A stretch of DNA of 55,444 nucleotides from an uncultured Bacillales bacterium. Its GTDB lineage: Bacteria; Bacillota_I; Bacilli_A; RF39; UBA660. A program made the position numbers and the translations under genes. The stretch is from assembly GCA_947168625.1 (NCBI GenBank), contig CAMVMQ010000001.1, forward strand, positions 1 through 55,444, written 5' to 3'. Positions 25,148 through 34,674 of the stretch are shown piece by piece; position 1 is the stretch's first letter; every line of letters begins with the position of its first letter. The notes beneath the pieces were generated by a model that saw only the letters and a program-made list of their open reading frames with translations, made no database searches and was not told the DNA's origin.

Positions 25148-26968
25148 ATGTGTGGAATAGTAGGTTTTATTGATAAATCTGAGAATAAGAAAAAAACGAT
25201 TAAAGATATGGCTGATTTAATTAAACATAGGGGACCTGATTCAGATGGCTTTTTTGTTGATGATGATGCTGCTTTAGGTTTTAGAAGATTATCTATAATT
25301 GACTTAGAGGGTGGAGATCAACCTATCTATAATGAAAAGAAAGATAAATTGGTTTTTATGAATGGTGAAATTTATAATTATCAAGAATTAAAAAATGAAT
25401 TAATAAAGAAGGGACATAAATTTAGTACAAAAGCTGATACTGAGGTATTAATTCATGGCTATGAAGAATATGGTGTTGATATATTAAGTATGCTTCGTGG
25501 AATGTTTGCTTTTGTTATTTATGATACTAAGACAAAGGAACTATTTGGAGCTAGAGACTTCTATGGAATAAAACCTCTTTATTATTATGTTACTGATTAT
25601 GAATTTATGTATGGTAGCGAGATAAAATCTTTTTTAGGTCATCCTAATTTTGAGAAAGAATTAAATCGTGATATGCTTGAAGATTATTTGACTTTTCAAT
25701 ATAGTGTTGGTGAAGATACTTTCTTTAAAAATGTTTATAAACTAAGACCAGGACATTATTTTAAATATAAAAATGGTAAGTTAATTATTGAAGAATATTA
25801 TAGTCTTAGATTTGATCAAGATAATAGTAAGAGCGAAGAAGAGTGGAAGGAAATTATTAGAAACTTACTTGAAGATACTGTTAAGGCACATAAGGTGTCT
25901 GATGTTGAAGTAGGAAGTTTTTTATCAAGTGGCGTTGATTCTTCTTTTATAGCTACTGCTAGTAAAGTTGATAAGACCTTTACTGTTGGTTGGGATAATA
26001 AGAATTATAGTGAAATTGATTATGCTAAAGATTTATCTAAGATGATTGGAGTTAAAAACATAAGTAAAAAGATAAGTAAAAAGGAGTATTTTGATAATTT
26101 TAGTAATATTCAGTATATGATGGATGAACCACTAGCGGACCCTTCTGCCATTGCTTTATATTTTGTTGCTAATATTGCTTCTAATAATGTTAAAGTAGCT
26201 TTATCTGGAGAGGGTGCTGATGAGATATTTGGTGGATATAATATTTATCATGAGCCTTATTCAGTAAGTTGGTATTATAAAATACCTTATAAAATAAGGA
26301 GATTTCTTGGTGCTCTTGTTTATCCGTTAAGACATCATCGAGGCTTTAATTTTATTTATAGAAGAAGTCATAATCTTGAAGATAGATATGTTGGTAATGC
26401 TTTTATGTTTGAACCTTCTGAATCAAAGAAAATTCTTAATTATAGGTTGAAACCGACTACTTATAAGGATTTAACAAGAATGTATTATAAGAAAGCACGA
26501 AAATATGATGATGTAACGAAAATGCAATATATAGATTTTAATTTTTGGTTAATTGGAGATATTCTTCTTAAGGCAGATAAGATGTCAATGGCTAATTCTT
26601 TAGAAGTTAGGGTACCATTTTTAGATAGAGTATTGATTGATACTGCTAGAAAGATACCGACTAAGTATAAGATTAAAGATGGTAAAACTAAATATTTATT
26701 TAGAGAAGTTGCACATGATGTTTTACCTGAAAAGTGGTCTAATAAAAAGAAACTTGGCTTTCCTGTTCCAATAAGGGAATGGTTAAAAGAAGATGATACT
26801 TATAATTTAGTTAAAGAGACTTTCCTAAATGCAGGTGAATTTTTTAAACCTAAAAAGATTATCAAATTACTTGATGAACATAAGAAAGGTAAAAGAGATA
26901 ATAGTAGAAAAATTTGGACTATTTATTCATTTTTGGTATGGTATGATGAATACTTTATGAAAAGATAG
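25148..26968 (+). CDS. asnB: Asparagine synthetase (glutamine-hydrolysing)
   Basis: N-terminal nucleophile MCGIVGF, RGPD, the PP-loop SSGVDSS and full length (606 aa). Confidence 0.9.
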   Translation: MCGIVGFIDKSENKKKTIKDMADLIKHRGPDSDGFFVDDDAALGFRRLSIIDLEGGDQPIYNEKKDKLVFMNGEIYNYQELKNELIKKGHKFSTKADTEVLIHGYEEYGVDILSMLRGMFAFVIYDTKTKELFGARDFYGIKPLYYYVTDYEFMYGSEIKSFLGHPNFEKELNRDMLEDYLTFQYSVGEDTFFKNVYKLRPGHYFKYKNGKLIIEEYYSLRFDQDNSKSEEEWKEIIRNLLEDTVKAHKVSDVEVGSFLSSGVDSSFIATASKVDKTFTVGWDNKNYSEIDYAKDLSKMIGVKNISKKISKKEYFDNFSNIQYMMDEPLADPSAIALYFVANIASNNVKVALSGEGADEIFGGYNIYHEPYSVSWYYKIPYKIRRFLGALVYPLRHHRGFNFIYRRSHNLEDRYVGNAFMFEPSESKKILNYRLKPTTYKDLTRMYYKKARKYDDVTKMQYIDFNFWLIGDILLKADKMSMANSLEVRVPFLDRVLIDTARKIPTKYKIKDGKTKYLFREVAHDVLPEKWSNKKKLGFPVPIREWLKEDDTYNLVKETFLNAGEFFKPKKIIKLLDEHKKGKRDNSRKIWTIYSFLVWYDEYFMKR

Positions 26969-26996
26969 ATGATTATTGATAAAGATGAGGATAAGA

Positions 26997-27353
26997 ATGA
27001 TAGAAGAAATGTATAGTAATATAGTTGTGTGGATGAATTCTAACGGTTATGAGGGAAAAACTGATAGTATTATTTCACAAATAAGAGAATTACATAGCTT
27101 AATTGAAATCTATAAGGCAGAATTTGATGCTTCTAGAACTATTACTATGGCTGCTATTTGGGTTTTGGAACGGAATGGGATACTGAGAGATGATATAAGA
27201 AAAATATTACCTTCTAGTTCAGAAATATTTGATGATTCTGAAATATATAAAAAGGAATATGATTATCTTTTAAAAATTATAAATTTGAAGGAAGAAATTA
27301 TTAATTTGGAGAGAACATATTCTAGTGGTAATCGTGGAAGAAAAAATAAATAA
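26997..27353 (+). CDS. Hypothetical protein
   Basis: The track ORF is 26976-27353. The ATG at 26997 follows GAGGA. No recognizable domain. Confidence 0.4.
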   Translation: MIEEMYSNIVVWMNSNGYEGKTDSIISQIRELHSLIEIYKAEFDASRTITMAAIWVLERNGILRDDIRKILPSSSEIFDDSEIYKKEYDYLLKIINLKEEIINLERTYSSGNRGRKNK

Positions 27354-27389
27354 TTCGATGTTTTATTGAATATAGAATGAAATTTAAAT

Positions 27390-27420
27390 AAAGAAAGTAA
27401 AATATGTATACTTTCTTTTC
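27390..27420 (+). terminator. Probable terminator
   Basis: AAAGAAAGTA / TACTTTCTTT 10-bp hairpin with a T-rich tail. Confidence 0.45.
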
Positions 27421-27462
27421 TATTTATGTGGTAGAATATTTATGTTTGAAGGGAAGTATATT

Positions 27463-28731
27463 ATGAGAGTAGGAATATGCAGTTTAGGATGTAAAGTAAA
27501 CATCTATGAATCAGAATATGTAATTAGTAAATTAAAAGATGCTGGGTATGTTATAGTTGGTTTTGAAGATAAAGCAGATATTTATATTATTAATACTTGT
27601 AGTGTTACTAATGAAAGTGATAAGAAATCAAGAAAGATGATTAATAGAGCAAGGAAGAATAATCCTATGGGAGTAATAGTTGTTATGGGCTGCTATAGTC
27701 AGGTAAGTAGTGATGAAATAGATGCTGATATTATTCTTGGCAATAAAGATAAGTCTAAGATAGTGGACATTCTTGATGATTACTTAGAAAATAGGGAGAA
27801 AAAGAAATTAATATATGATTTAACTAATATTCCTTTTGAGAATATGGAGATTAATTCTTTTGATAGTCATACAAGGGGCTTTGTAAAAATACAGGATGGA
27901 TGTAATGCTTTTTGTACTTATTGTATTATTCCTTATACAAGGGGTAGAATTAGAAGTAAAAGTTTTAATCTTGTAATTGATGAAGTAACTAATCTTGTTA
28001 ATAATGGGTATAAGGAAATTGTACTTACAGGTATTCATACCGGCAAATATGGTATAGATATAGGAAGTAGTTTAGAAGAGTTACTTTATGCTCTTGTGGA
28101 AATTCCTGGTATATATCGTATTAGATTATCTTCTATAGAAATAAATGAACTTACTTCAGGTATTATTAATTTAATTAAAGAAAATGATATTATGGCAAAA
28201 CATTTACATGTGCCACTTCAATCTGGTAGTGATAGGATATTGAAACTTATGAATAGAAGATACAATAAGAAAGAATTTCTTGATATGATAAGTAATTTAA
28301 AACACATACCAGAAATATCACTCACGACTGATTTAATTGTTGGTTTTCCTAGTGAAAGTGAACAAGAATTTGAAGAAACTATGGATACTTTGATACAGAT
28401 AGGATTTACTAAGATACATACTTTTCCTTATTCAAGGAGAAAGGGAACACCTGCTGATAAGATGGTAGAACAGGTAAGACCGGAAGTTAAGAAAGAGAGA
28501 GTTCATAAAATATTGGAACTTTCTAATGATAGTGAGAATAAGTATTATGAAAGTATGGTAGGAAAAATATTTAATGGGGTTGCTGAACATCATAATAATG
28601 GTTTAATAGTGGTTCACACTTCTAATTTCATTCCTGTAATAATTGAAGATAAAGTAGATAATAATGAAGTAGTAGATGTTCAAATTGAAAAAGTAGATGG
28701 TTTAAATGTATATGGAAAGATAGTTAAATAA
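27463..28731 (+). CDS. mtaB: tRNA methylthiotransferase MtaB (MiaB-like, YqeV family)
   Basis: UPF0004 N-domain (LGCKVNIYESE...INTCSVT), radical SAM CNAFCTYCIIP and a TRAM-like C-terminus. The extended -10 TGgTAGAAT at 27429-27437 argues for the ATG at 27463, which follows GAAGGGAAG. Confidence 0.8.
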   Translation: MRVGICSLGCKVNIYESEYVISKLKDAGYVIVGFEDKADIYIINTCSVTNESDKKSRKMINRARKNNPMGVIVVMGCYSQVSSDEIDADIILGNKDKSKIVDILDDYLENREKKKLIYDLTNIPFENMEINSFDSHTRGFVKIQDGCNAFCTYCIIPYTRGRIRSKSFNLVIDEVTNLVNNGYKEIVLTGIHTGKYGIDIGSSLEELLYALVEIPGIYRIRLSSIEINELTSGIINLIKENDIMAKHLHVPLQSGSDRILKLMNRRYNKKEFLDMISNLKHIPEISLTTDLIVGFPSESEQEFEETMDTLIQIGFTKIHTFPYSRRKGTPADKMVEQVRPEVKKERVHKILELSNDSENKYYESMVGKIFNGVAEHHNNGLIVVHTSNFIPVIIEDKVDNNEVVDVQIEKVDGLNVYGKIVK

Positions 28732-28741
28732 CTATCTTTTC
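28717..28741 (+). terminator. Terminator after mtaB
   Basis: AAGATAGTT / AACTATCTT hairpin around the stop codon, followed by TTTT. Confidence 0.55.
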
Positions 28742-28781
28742 TTAAATTAATAAATGATAATATGAGAATAACGATGTCTTA

Positions 28782-28811
28782 TTGACATAATATTTAGATA
28801 AATGATATAAT
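28782..28811 (+). promoter_or_regulatory. Probable sigma-A promoter of the ABC exporter operon
   Basis: TTGACA at 28782-28787, 18-nt spacer, TGaTATAAT (TATAAT at 28806-28811). Confidence 0.5.
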
Positions 28812-28863
28812 TTACAATGTTAAATGAGAATTTAAAACATATTATTATTTATGGAGGTTATGT

Positions 28864-30624
28864 ATGTTAAAATTATTAAAGAATTTAAGGAGAAGAGATT
28901 ATATATATGCTCTTATTTGTGCTATACTTGTTGTTATTCAGGTATGGTTAGAACTTAAAATGCCTGATTATATGTCAAATATTACACAATTAGTGGAAAC
29001 TAAAGGAGCTAGTATGGTAAGTATTCTAAAAGAAGGTGGATACATGCTTTTGTGTGCTTTTGGTAGTTTGTTATCTGCAGTGTTTATTGGATATTTTGCA
29101 TCAGTAGTGGCATCTTCTTTTTCTTATATTACAAGAGAAAAACTATTTAAAAAGGTTGAAGATTTACCACTTGAGAATGTTAAAAAATTTTCTGTGAGTA
29201 GTTTAATTACAAGAACCACTAATGATATTACACAAATGGAAATGTTACTTTCAATGGGACTTCATTTGATGATTAAATCACCAATTATGGCAGTATGGGC
29301 TGTTACAAAGATACTTGGGAAAAGTCTAGAGTGGAGCCTTTTAACAGCAGTAGCAGTTATTATTTTGCTTATTGCTATTGGAATAATAATGTTAATTGTT
29401 ATGCCTAGGTTTAAAATTATTCAAAAATTAATAGATAAGATTAATGGTGTATCTCGTGAAAATTTATCTGGTATTAGGGTAGTTAGGGCTTTTAATGCAG
29501 AAGAATATAGTGAAAATAAATTTGAAAAAGTAAATAATGATTTAACTAGTAATCAATTATTTAATCAAAAAGCATTTAATTATTTAAGCCCTGTTATGTC
29601 TTTGGTGTTATATGGACTGACTTTATCTATTTATTTTGTTGGAGCTATTTTAATTAATAGTGCTACTCTAAGTAATAAAATTGTTTTATTTGGTGATATG
29701 ATTGTCTTTTCTTCTTATGCTATGCAGGTAATTATGTCTTTCTTAATGCTTGCTATGATATTTATGATGATGCCTAGAGCTAGTGTATCTGCGAAGAGAA
29801 TAAGAGAGGTATTAGACACGGAAAATACAATAGTTAATGGTCATATTTCTAGTAAGAAGAATAATCTTATTGGTACTGTTGAATTTAAGAATGTATCATT
29901 TAAGTATCCTGATGCTGATGAATATATATTAAAAAATATTTCTTTTACAGCTGATAAGGGTGAGACTGTTGCTTTTATTGGATCAACAGGAAGTGGTAAA
30001 TCAACTTTAATTAATTTGATACCTAGATTTTATGATGTTACTGATGGAGAAATATTAATTAATGGTATTAATGTTCAAGATTATGATGAGGAATACTTAC
30101 ATAATATTGTTGGCTATGTTCCACAGAAGGCTGTTATGTTTTCAGGAACGGTTGAGAGTAATGTTTTTTATGGTAAAAGTGGTAATAAAAAAAGCAAGAC
30201 GGTATTAGAAGAAGCTTTGAAGGTATCACAAGCAAGTGAGTTTGTTTCAAAACTTGATAAAAAAGAAAAGGCTTTAATAGCAAGCGGTGGTACTAATATA
30301 AGTGGTGGTCAAAAACAAAGGTTATCAATAGCTAGAACGATTGCTAGAAATCCAGAAATATATATTTTTGATGATTCATTTAGTGCTTTAGATTATAAGA
30401 CTGATAGTACACTAAGAAAAGAACTAAAGAAGTATACTGGTGGGGCTACTAATTTAATTGTGGCTCAGAGAATTGGTACAATTCTTCATGCTGATAAAAT
30501 TGTTGTTCTTGAAAAGGGTAGATGTGTTGGTCTTGGTACACATAAAGAACTTATGAAATCTTGTGATGTTTATAGAGAAATTGCTTTATCACAAGTTACA
30601 AAGGAGGAGTTAGAAAATGCCTAG
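28864..30624 (+). CDS. ABC exporter half-transporter (TMD-NBD), degenerate-site subunit of a heterodimer
   Basis: Six TM helices plus an NBD. Walker A GSTGSGKST and signature SGGQKQR. The Walker B reads IYIFDDSFSALD, with Asp in place of the catalytic Glu. Confidence 0.85.
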   Translation: MLKLLKNLRRRDYIYALICAILVVIQVWLELKMPDYMSNITQLVETKGASMVSILKEGGYMLLCAFGSLLSAVFIGYFASVVASSFSYITREKLFKKVEDLPLENVKKFSVSSLITRTTNDITQMEMLLSMGLHLMIKSPIMAVWAVTKILGKSLEWSLLTAVAVIILLIAIGIIMLIVMPRFKIIQKLIDKINGVSRENLSGIRVVRAFNAEEYSENKFEKVNNDLTSNQLFNQKAFNYLSPVMSLVLYGLTLSIYFVGAILINSATLSNKIVLFGDMIVFSSYAMQVIMSFLMLAMIFMMMPRASVSAKRIREVLDTENTIVNGHISSKKNNLIGTVEFKNVSFKYPDADEYILKNISFTADKGETVAFIGSTGSGKSTLINLIPRFYDVTDGEILINGINVQDYDEEYLHNIVGYVPQKAVMFSGTVESNVFYGKSGNKKSKTVLEEALKVSQASEFVSKLDKKEKALIASGGTNISGGQKQRLSIARTIARNPEIYIFDDSFSALDYKTDSTLRKELKKYTGGATNLIVAQRIGTILHADKIVVLEKGRCVGLGTHKELMKSCDVYREIALSQVTKEELENA

Positions 30625-32992
30625 TAATAAAGATGAAAAAAGGTCTACTAGTGTGCCAGGACATGGTCATGGGAAAGTGATGGAAAAGCCTAAAAATTTC
30701 TCTTTAGCGATAAAGAAATTAGTTACTAGCTTAAAAAAATATAAAGTATTTATTATGTTAGCAATTATTCTTGCTTCTCTTTCAGCAATATTGGCTCTGT
30801 CTTCTCCTAGTAGATTATCTAGTCTCACCGATGAGATAGCTAAGGGGTTAGTTATAAATACTGATGGGGCAAAAGAGTTAAGTAATGATATTTTATCTAA
30901 TATTAGTATGGAAAATCTTCCTAATACTCTTAAGGATATACTTGAAATTAATTTAGATGAAAGTACTATTTATGGTATTAATATGTCTTCTAGTATATCT
31001 AAAGAAGATAAGGATTTATTTAATAGTGTGATAAGTAATATTGCCAGTGATAATGAAAATAGTATGAAATATTTTGTTAGTCTTCCAAGTAGTATTTTAG
31101 AACTAATTTTAAAAGATACTACTTATAATGAAGTGTTTGTATCTAAAGAAGATAAAATAAAATTATTAGATGTTTTAGGTAATATTAATATGGACAATGG
31201 TGATTATTCATTTGTTGATTTACTACCAGATAGTATTAATAGTATTCTTTTTCAAGAAAGTATTGTTAATAAGGTCGTTATTTCTACTGATGATAAAGTA
31301 TCTTTTATTAAGATAGCTTCTAAGATTAAAGAAGATACTCCGCAAAATGAGATATATAAGTTGATTGGAACAATGCCAAGTAGTATTCAAAAGATTATTA
31401 ATCCAAAAATGAAGATGACCGCTATTAAGAGAATTGTTTTAACTCTTGCTATTATTTATATTTTGAGTTCATTATTTAATTTTGTTCAGGGTAGAGTTAT
31501 GGTAGTTATATCTAATAGGTATGCTAAAAATCTTCGTACAATAATATCGAAAAAAATAAACAGACTTCCTTTAAAATACTTTGATAATAATTTATCTGGA
31601 GATATTTTATCTAGGATAACTAATGATGTTGATACAATAGCACAGTCTCTCAATCAGAGTTTAGCGACATTAGTATCATCTCTTACGATGTTTTTGGGTT
31701 CTATTATAATGATGTTTGTGACTAATTATATTCTTGCTATTACTGCAATAGTTTCAAGTGTATTTGGCTTTGTCTTTATGGCTATTGTTCTTGGCAAGTC
31801 TCAAAAGTATTTTACGGAAAGGCAAAAAGAACTTGGTGATTTGAATGGATACATTGAAGAAGTCTATTCGGGACTTAATGCTCTTAAAACTTGTAATGCT
31901 AAAGAAGAGGCTAATAAAAGATTTGATTCTTTAAATGAAAAACTATATACTTATAATCAGAAAAGTGAATTTTTATCTGGTCTTATGCATCCTATGATGG
32001 GATTTATTGGTAACTTTGGGTATGTATGTGTTTGTATAGTTGGCGCTCTTCTTGCATCTAAAGAAATAATTACTTTTGGCGTTATTGTAGCCTTTATTAT
32101 GTATGTAAGACAGTTTACTAATCCTTTATCGCAGATAGCTCAAGCTATGACTAGTCTTCAGACAGTAGCAGCTTCTTCTGAAAGGGTATTTGAATTTTTG
32201 GATGAGAAGGAAATGACTAGTGAAGATAATCTAAAAGAGAAGTTAGATGTTAAGAAAGTTAAGGGTAAGATTGAATTTAACCATGTTAAGTTTGGCTATG
32301 ATGATGGTAAAACTATTATTAAAGATTTTAGTGCTATTGCTGAGCCAGGGGAAAAGATTGCTATTGTTGGTCCTACTGGTGCTGGTAAAACTACGATGGT
32401 TAACTTGCTTATGAAGTTTTATGAAATTAACTCTGGTGATATTAAAATAGATGGTGTTTCTATTAAAAATTTAAAAAGAGAAAATATTCATGATTTGTTT
32501 ACGATGGTTCTTCAGGATACTTGGTTATTTGAAGGAACTATTAAGGATAATATTGTTTATAATCGTAAAAATGTTTCTGATAAAAAAGTTGAAGAAGTGT
32601 GTAGGACAGTAGGGGTAGATCATTTTATTAAAACCCTTCCTGACGGCTATAACAGTGTTATATCTGATAATAATAATATTTCAGCAGGTCAAAGACAGCT
32701 TCTTACAATAGCAAGAGGGATGATAGAGAATGCTCCTTTCTTAATCTTGGATGAAGCTACTTCAAATGTTGATACAAGAACTGAGGAACTTGTTCAGAAG
32801 GCAATGGATAAGCTTATGGAAAATAAAACATCATTTATTATTGCTCACAGATTATCAACAATTAAGAATGCTGACCTTATCTTGGTTATGAATGATGGTA
32901 ATATTATTGAACAGGGTAATCATAATGAGCTTATGAAAAAGAATGGTTTTTACGCTAAACTATATAATTCTCAATTTGAGAGTATTGAGTAA
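30617..32992 (+). CDS. ABC exporter half-transporter (TMD-NBD), consensus-site subunit, with a ~190-aa insertion between TM1 and TM2
   Basis: 8-nt overlap with the upstream gene. Walker A GPTGAGKTT, Walker B FLILDEATSNVD and a deviant signature SAGQRQ. 791 aa versus about 590 aa for the partner. Confidence 0.85.
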   Translation: MPSNKDEKRSTSVPGHGHGKVMEKPKNFSLAIKKLVTSLKKYKVFIMLAIILASLSAILALSSPSRLSSLTDEIAKGLVINTDGAKELSNDILSNISMENLPNTLKDILEINLDESTIYGINMSSSISKEDKDLFNSVISNIASDNENSMKYFVSLPSSILELILKDTTYNEVFVSKEDKIKLLDVLGNINMDNGDYSFVDLLPDSINSILFQESIVNKVVISTDDKVSFIKIASKIKEDTPQNEIYKLIGTMPSSIQKIINPKMKMTAIKRIVLTLAIIYILSSLFNFVQGRVMVVISNRYAKNLRTIISKKINRLPLKYFDNNLSGDILSRITNDVDTIAQSLNQSLATLVSSLTMFLGSIIMMFVTNYILAITAIVSSVFGFVFMAIVLGKSQKYFTERQKELGDLNGYIEEVYSGLNALKTCNAKEEANKRFDSLNEKLYTYNQKSEFLSGLMHPMMGFIGNFGYVCVCIVGALLASKEIITFGVIVAFIMYVRQFTNPLSQIAQAMTSLQTVAASSERVFEFLDEKEMTSEDNLKEKLDVKKVKGKIEFNHVKFGYDDGKTIIKDFSAIAEPGEKIAIVGPTGAGKTTMVNLLMKFYEINSGDIKIDGVSIKNLKRENIHDLFTMVLQDTWLFEGTIKDNIVYNRKNVSDKKVEEVCRTVGVDHFIKTLPDGYNSVISDNNNISAGQRQLLTIARGMIENAPFLILDEATSNVDTRTEELVQKAMDKLMENKTSFIIAHRLSTIKNADLILVMNDGNIIEQGNHNELMKKNGFYAKLYNSQFESIE

Positions 32993-33020
32993 ATGTAGCC
33001 TAATGGTTTACATTTTTCTT
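32991..33020 (+). terminator. Rho-independent terminator after the ABC exporter operon
   Basis: AAATGTAGCC / GGTTTACATTT hairpin with G-U pairs, followed by TTTTT. Confidence 0.6.
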
Positions 33021-33167
33021 TGATATATTATATTGGTAATATTGTTATATTTTTTTACAAATGATAAATATTATGAGGTGCTACTGATTATTTACAAAAA
33101 TCTACTATTTGGGTATGGTGCAACTGATAATAATGCTTTATAATTTTTGGTAGAGAGGTGATATTGT

Positions 33168-34583
33168 ATGAAGTTTTGTGATAAACTTTCTATGCAAAGA
33201 AAAAAGAATAATATGTCGCAAGAAGTTCTTGCGGATCGTCTTGGGGTATCAAGGCAAGCGGTTAGTAAATGGGAATCAGGTACGTCAATGCCAGATATGG
33301 AAAGAATTATGGAGTTATGTAAGGTACTTGATTGTAATCTTGATGATTTAGTTGATGATGGGGTAATTAATAGTACAGTAAAAAATGAGGAAAGTAAAGA
33401 TAATATAATTAATACTTATTTAAAAGAGGGACTTGGTTTTGTTACTAAAAGTTTAAATATGTTTTGGAGTATGAGATTTAGGGATAAAGTTAAATGCATC
33501 CTAGAACTATTATTTATTGCTTTAGTTATGTATCTATTATTAAGTGGTATATATCATGTTTTATCTTCAATTTTTAGTGGACTTTTATTACTATTTCCAG
33601 AATTATTATATCGAATAATTCATAATGTATTTAGAGTAATATATAGTGTATTTGGTCTTGCAGTTGGCATTATGCTTATTATTCATATATTTAAAATTAG
33701 ATACTTAGATTATTTTGTTACAGTGGAAGATAGTTCTGTTAATAAAAAGAGTATTGAAAAGCCTGTTGATGAAAAGAAAGATAATAATCAAGAAAATAGA
33801 AAATTTAATGAGAAGAAGAAAAATAAAATTATCATTAGAGATCCTAAACATACTACTTATGGTTTCTTTGATTTTTTAGCGGGTATTTCGATAATTATTA
33901 TCAAAGGTATACTTATCTTTATATCTATGTTTGGTATTTGTAGTTTTATGTTTTTAATATTTTGTCTTACTTTTTCATTTATTAAAGTTTTTAGTGGTGT
34001 GTTTTATTTGGGGACAAGTATTCTTCTTTTAGGGGCTCTTCTTGTTAACTATATTTGTTTAAAGATTATTTATAATTTTATCTTTAATTTGAAACATTCT
34101 TTTAAAAAAGCATTTATTATCTTTATAATTGGTCTATCCTTTTTAGGAATAGGATTTGGTATTAGCTTTAATTCTTATTTATCTTTTAAGAGGAGAGATA
34201 TAAGTGATATTAAATATGATGTATATAGTGATTATATAGATGTTAGTGATAATATGGTCTTTGATTTTAATGGAGGAGATATAGAATATGTTACTGATGA
34301 TACTCTTGATAATATTAAAATAGAAGTGACATACGATAATGATGGAATGGTTGAACTTAGAAGTCATGAGCATTATTATAGTGATGGATATTACGATGTA
34401 TATAGAGTATATTATTTTAATAATAGAAATACTTTTGTTGATAATTTTAATTATTTGATTAAGAAGATTGATAATAAAGAGTTAATTGATGATAATACTC
34501 AAGGTATATTTGGTTATAAGATAATTGGTAGTACTTCTAATATTGAAAAGCTAAAAGATAATTATGCAAGGATATATAATTAG
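33168..34583 (+). CDS. Membrane-embedded XRE-family regulator (N-terminal HTH, polytopic membrane region, C-terminal ~130-aa soluble domain)
   Basis: MSQEVLADRLGVSRQAVSKWESGTSMPDMERIMELCKVLDCNLDDLV is an HTH_3 domain. Two clusters of hydrophobic helices are separated by a Lys-rich linker. The C-terminal Tyr/Asp-rich domain is of unknown type. Confidence 0.7.
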   Translation: MKFCDKLSMQRKKNNMSQEVLADRLGVSRQAVSKWESGTSMPDMERIMELCKVLDCNLDDLVDDGVINSTVKNEESKDNIINTYLKEGLGFVTKSLNMFWSMRFRDKVKCILELLFIALVMYLLLSGIYHVLSSIFSGLLLLFPELLYRIIHNVFRVIYSVFGLAVGIMLIIHIFKIRYLDYFVTVEDSSVNKKSIEKPVDEKKDNNQENRKFNEKKKNKIIIRDPKHTTYGFFDFLAGISIIIIKGILIFISMFGICSFMFLIFCLTFSFIKVFSGVFYLGTSILLLGALLVNYICLKIIYNFIFNLKHSFKKAFIIFIIGLSFLGIGFGISFNSYLSFKRRDISDIKYDVYSDYIDVSDNMVFDFNGGDIEYVTDDTLDNIKIEVTYDNDGMVELRSHEHYYSDGYYDVYRVYYFNNRNTFVDNFNYLIKKIDNKELIDDNTQGIFGYKIIGSTSNIEKLKDNYARIYN

Positions 34584-34674
34584 TTTACATTATGATGTAA
34601 AGTCTAAATAATATTTTGTGGATAAAAGATATTTTAATAATTATTTAGTATAATTGATATGTATAGGAGGATAT

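Noticed and set aside
24230-27353. The radical SAM/SPASM gene, the asparagine-synthetase homolog and the small ORF, considered as a lasso-peptide or other RiPP cluster.
   Set aside because: The AsnB homolog keeps the N-terminal Cys2 glutaminase nucleophile (MCGIVGF), the PP-loop and the full length of a true asparagine synthetase. It also has its own promoter. I saw no leader peptidase, transporter or B-protein. Only the sORF/rSAM pairing is kept, as a low-confidence finding.
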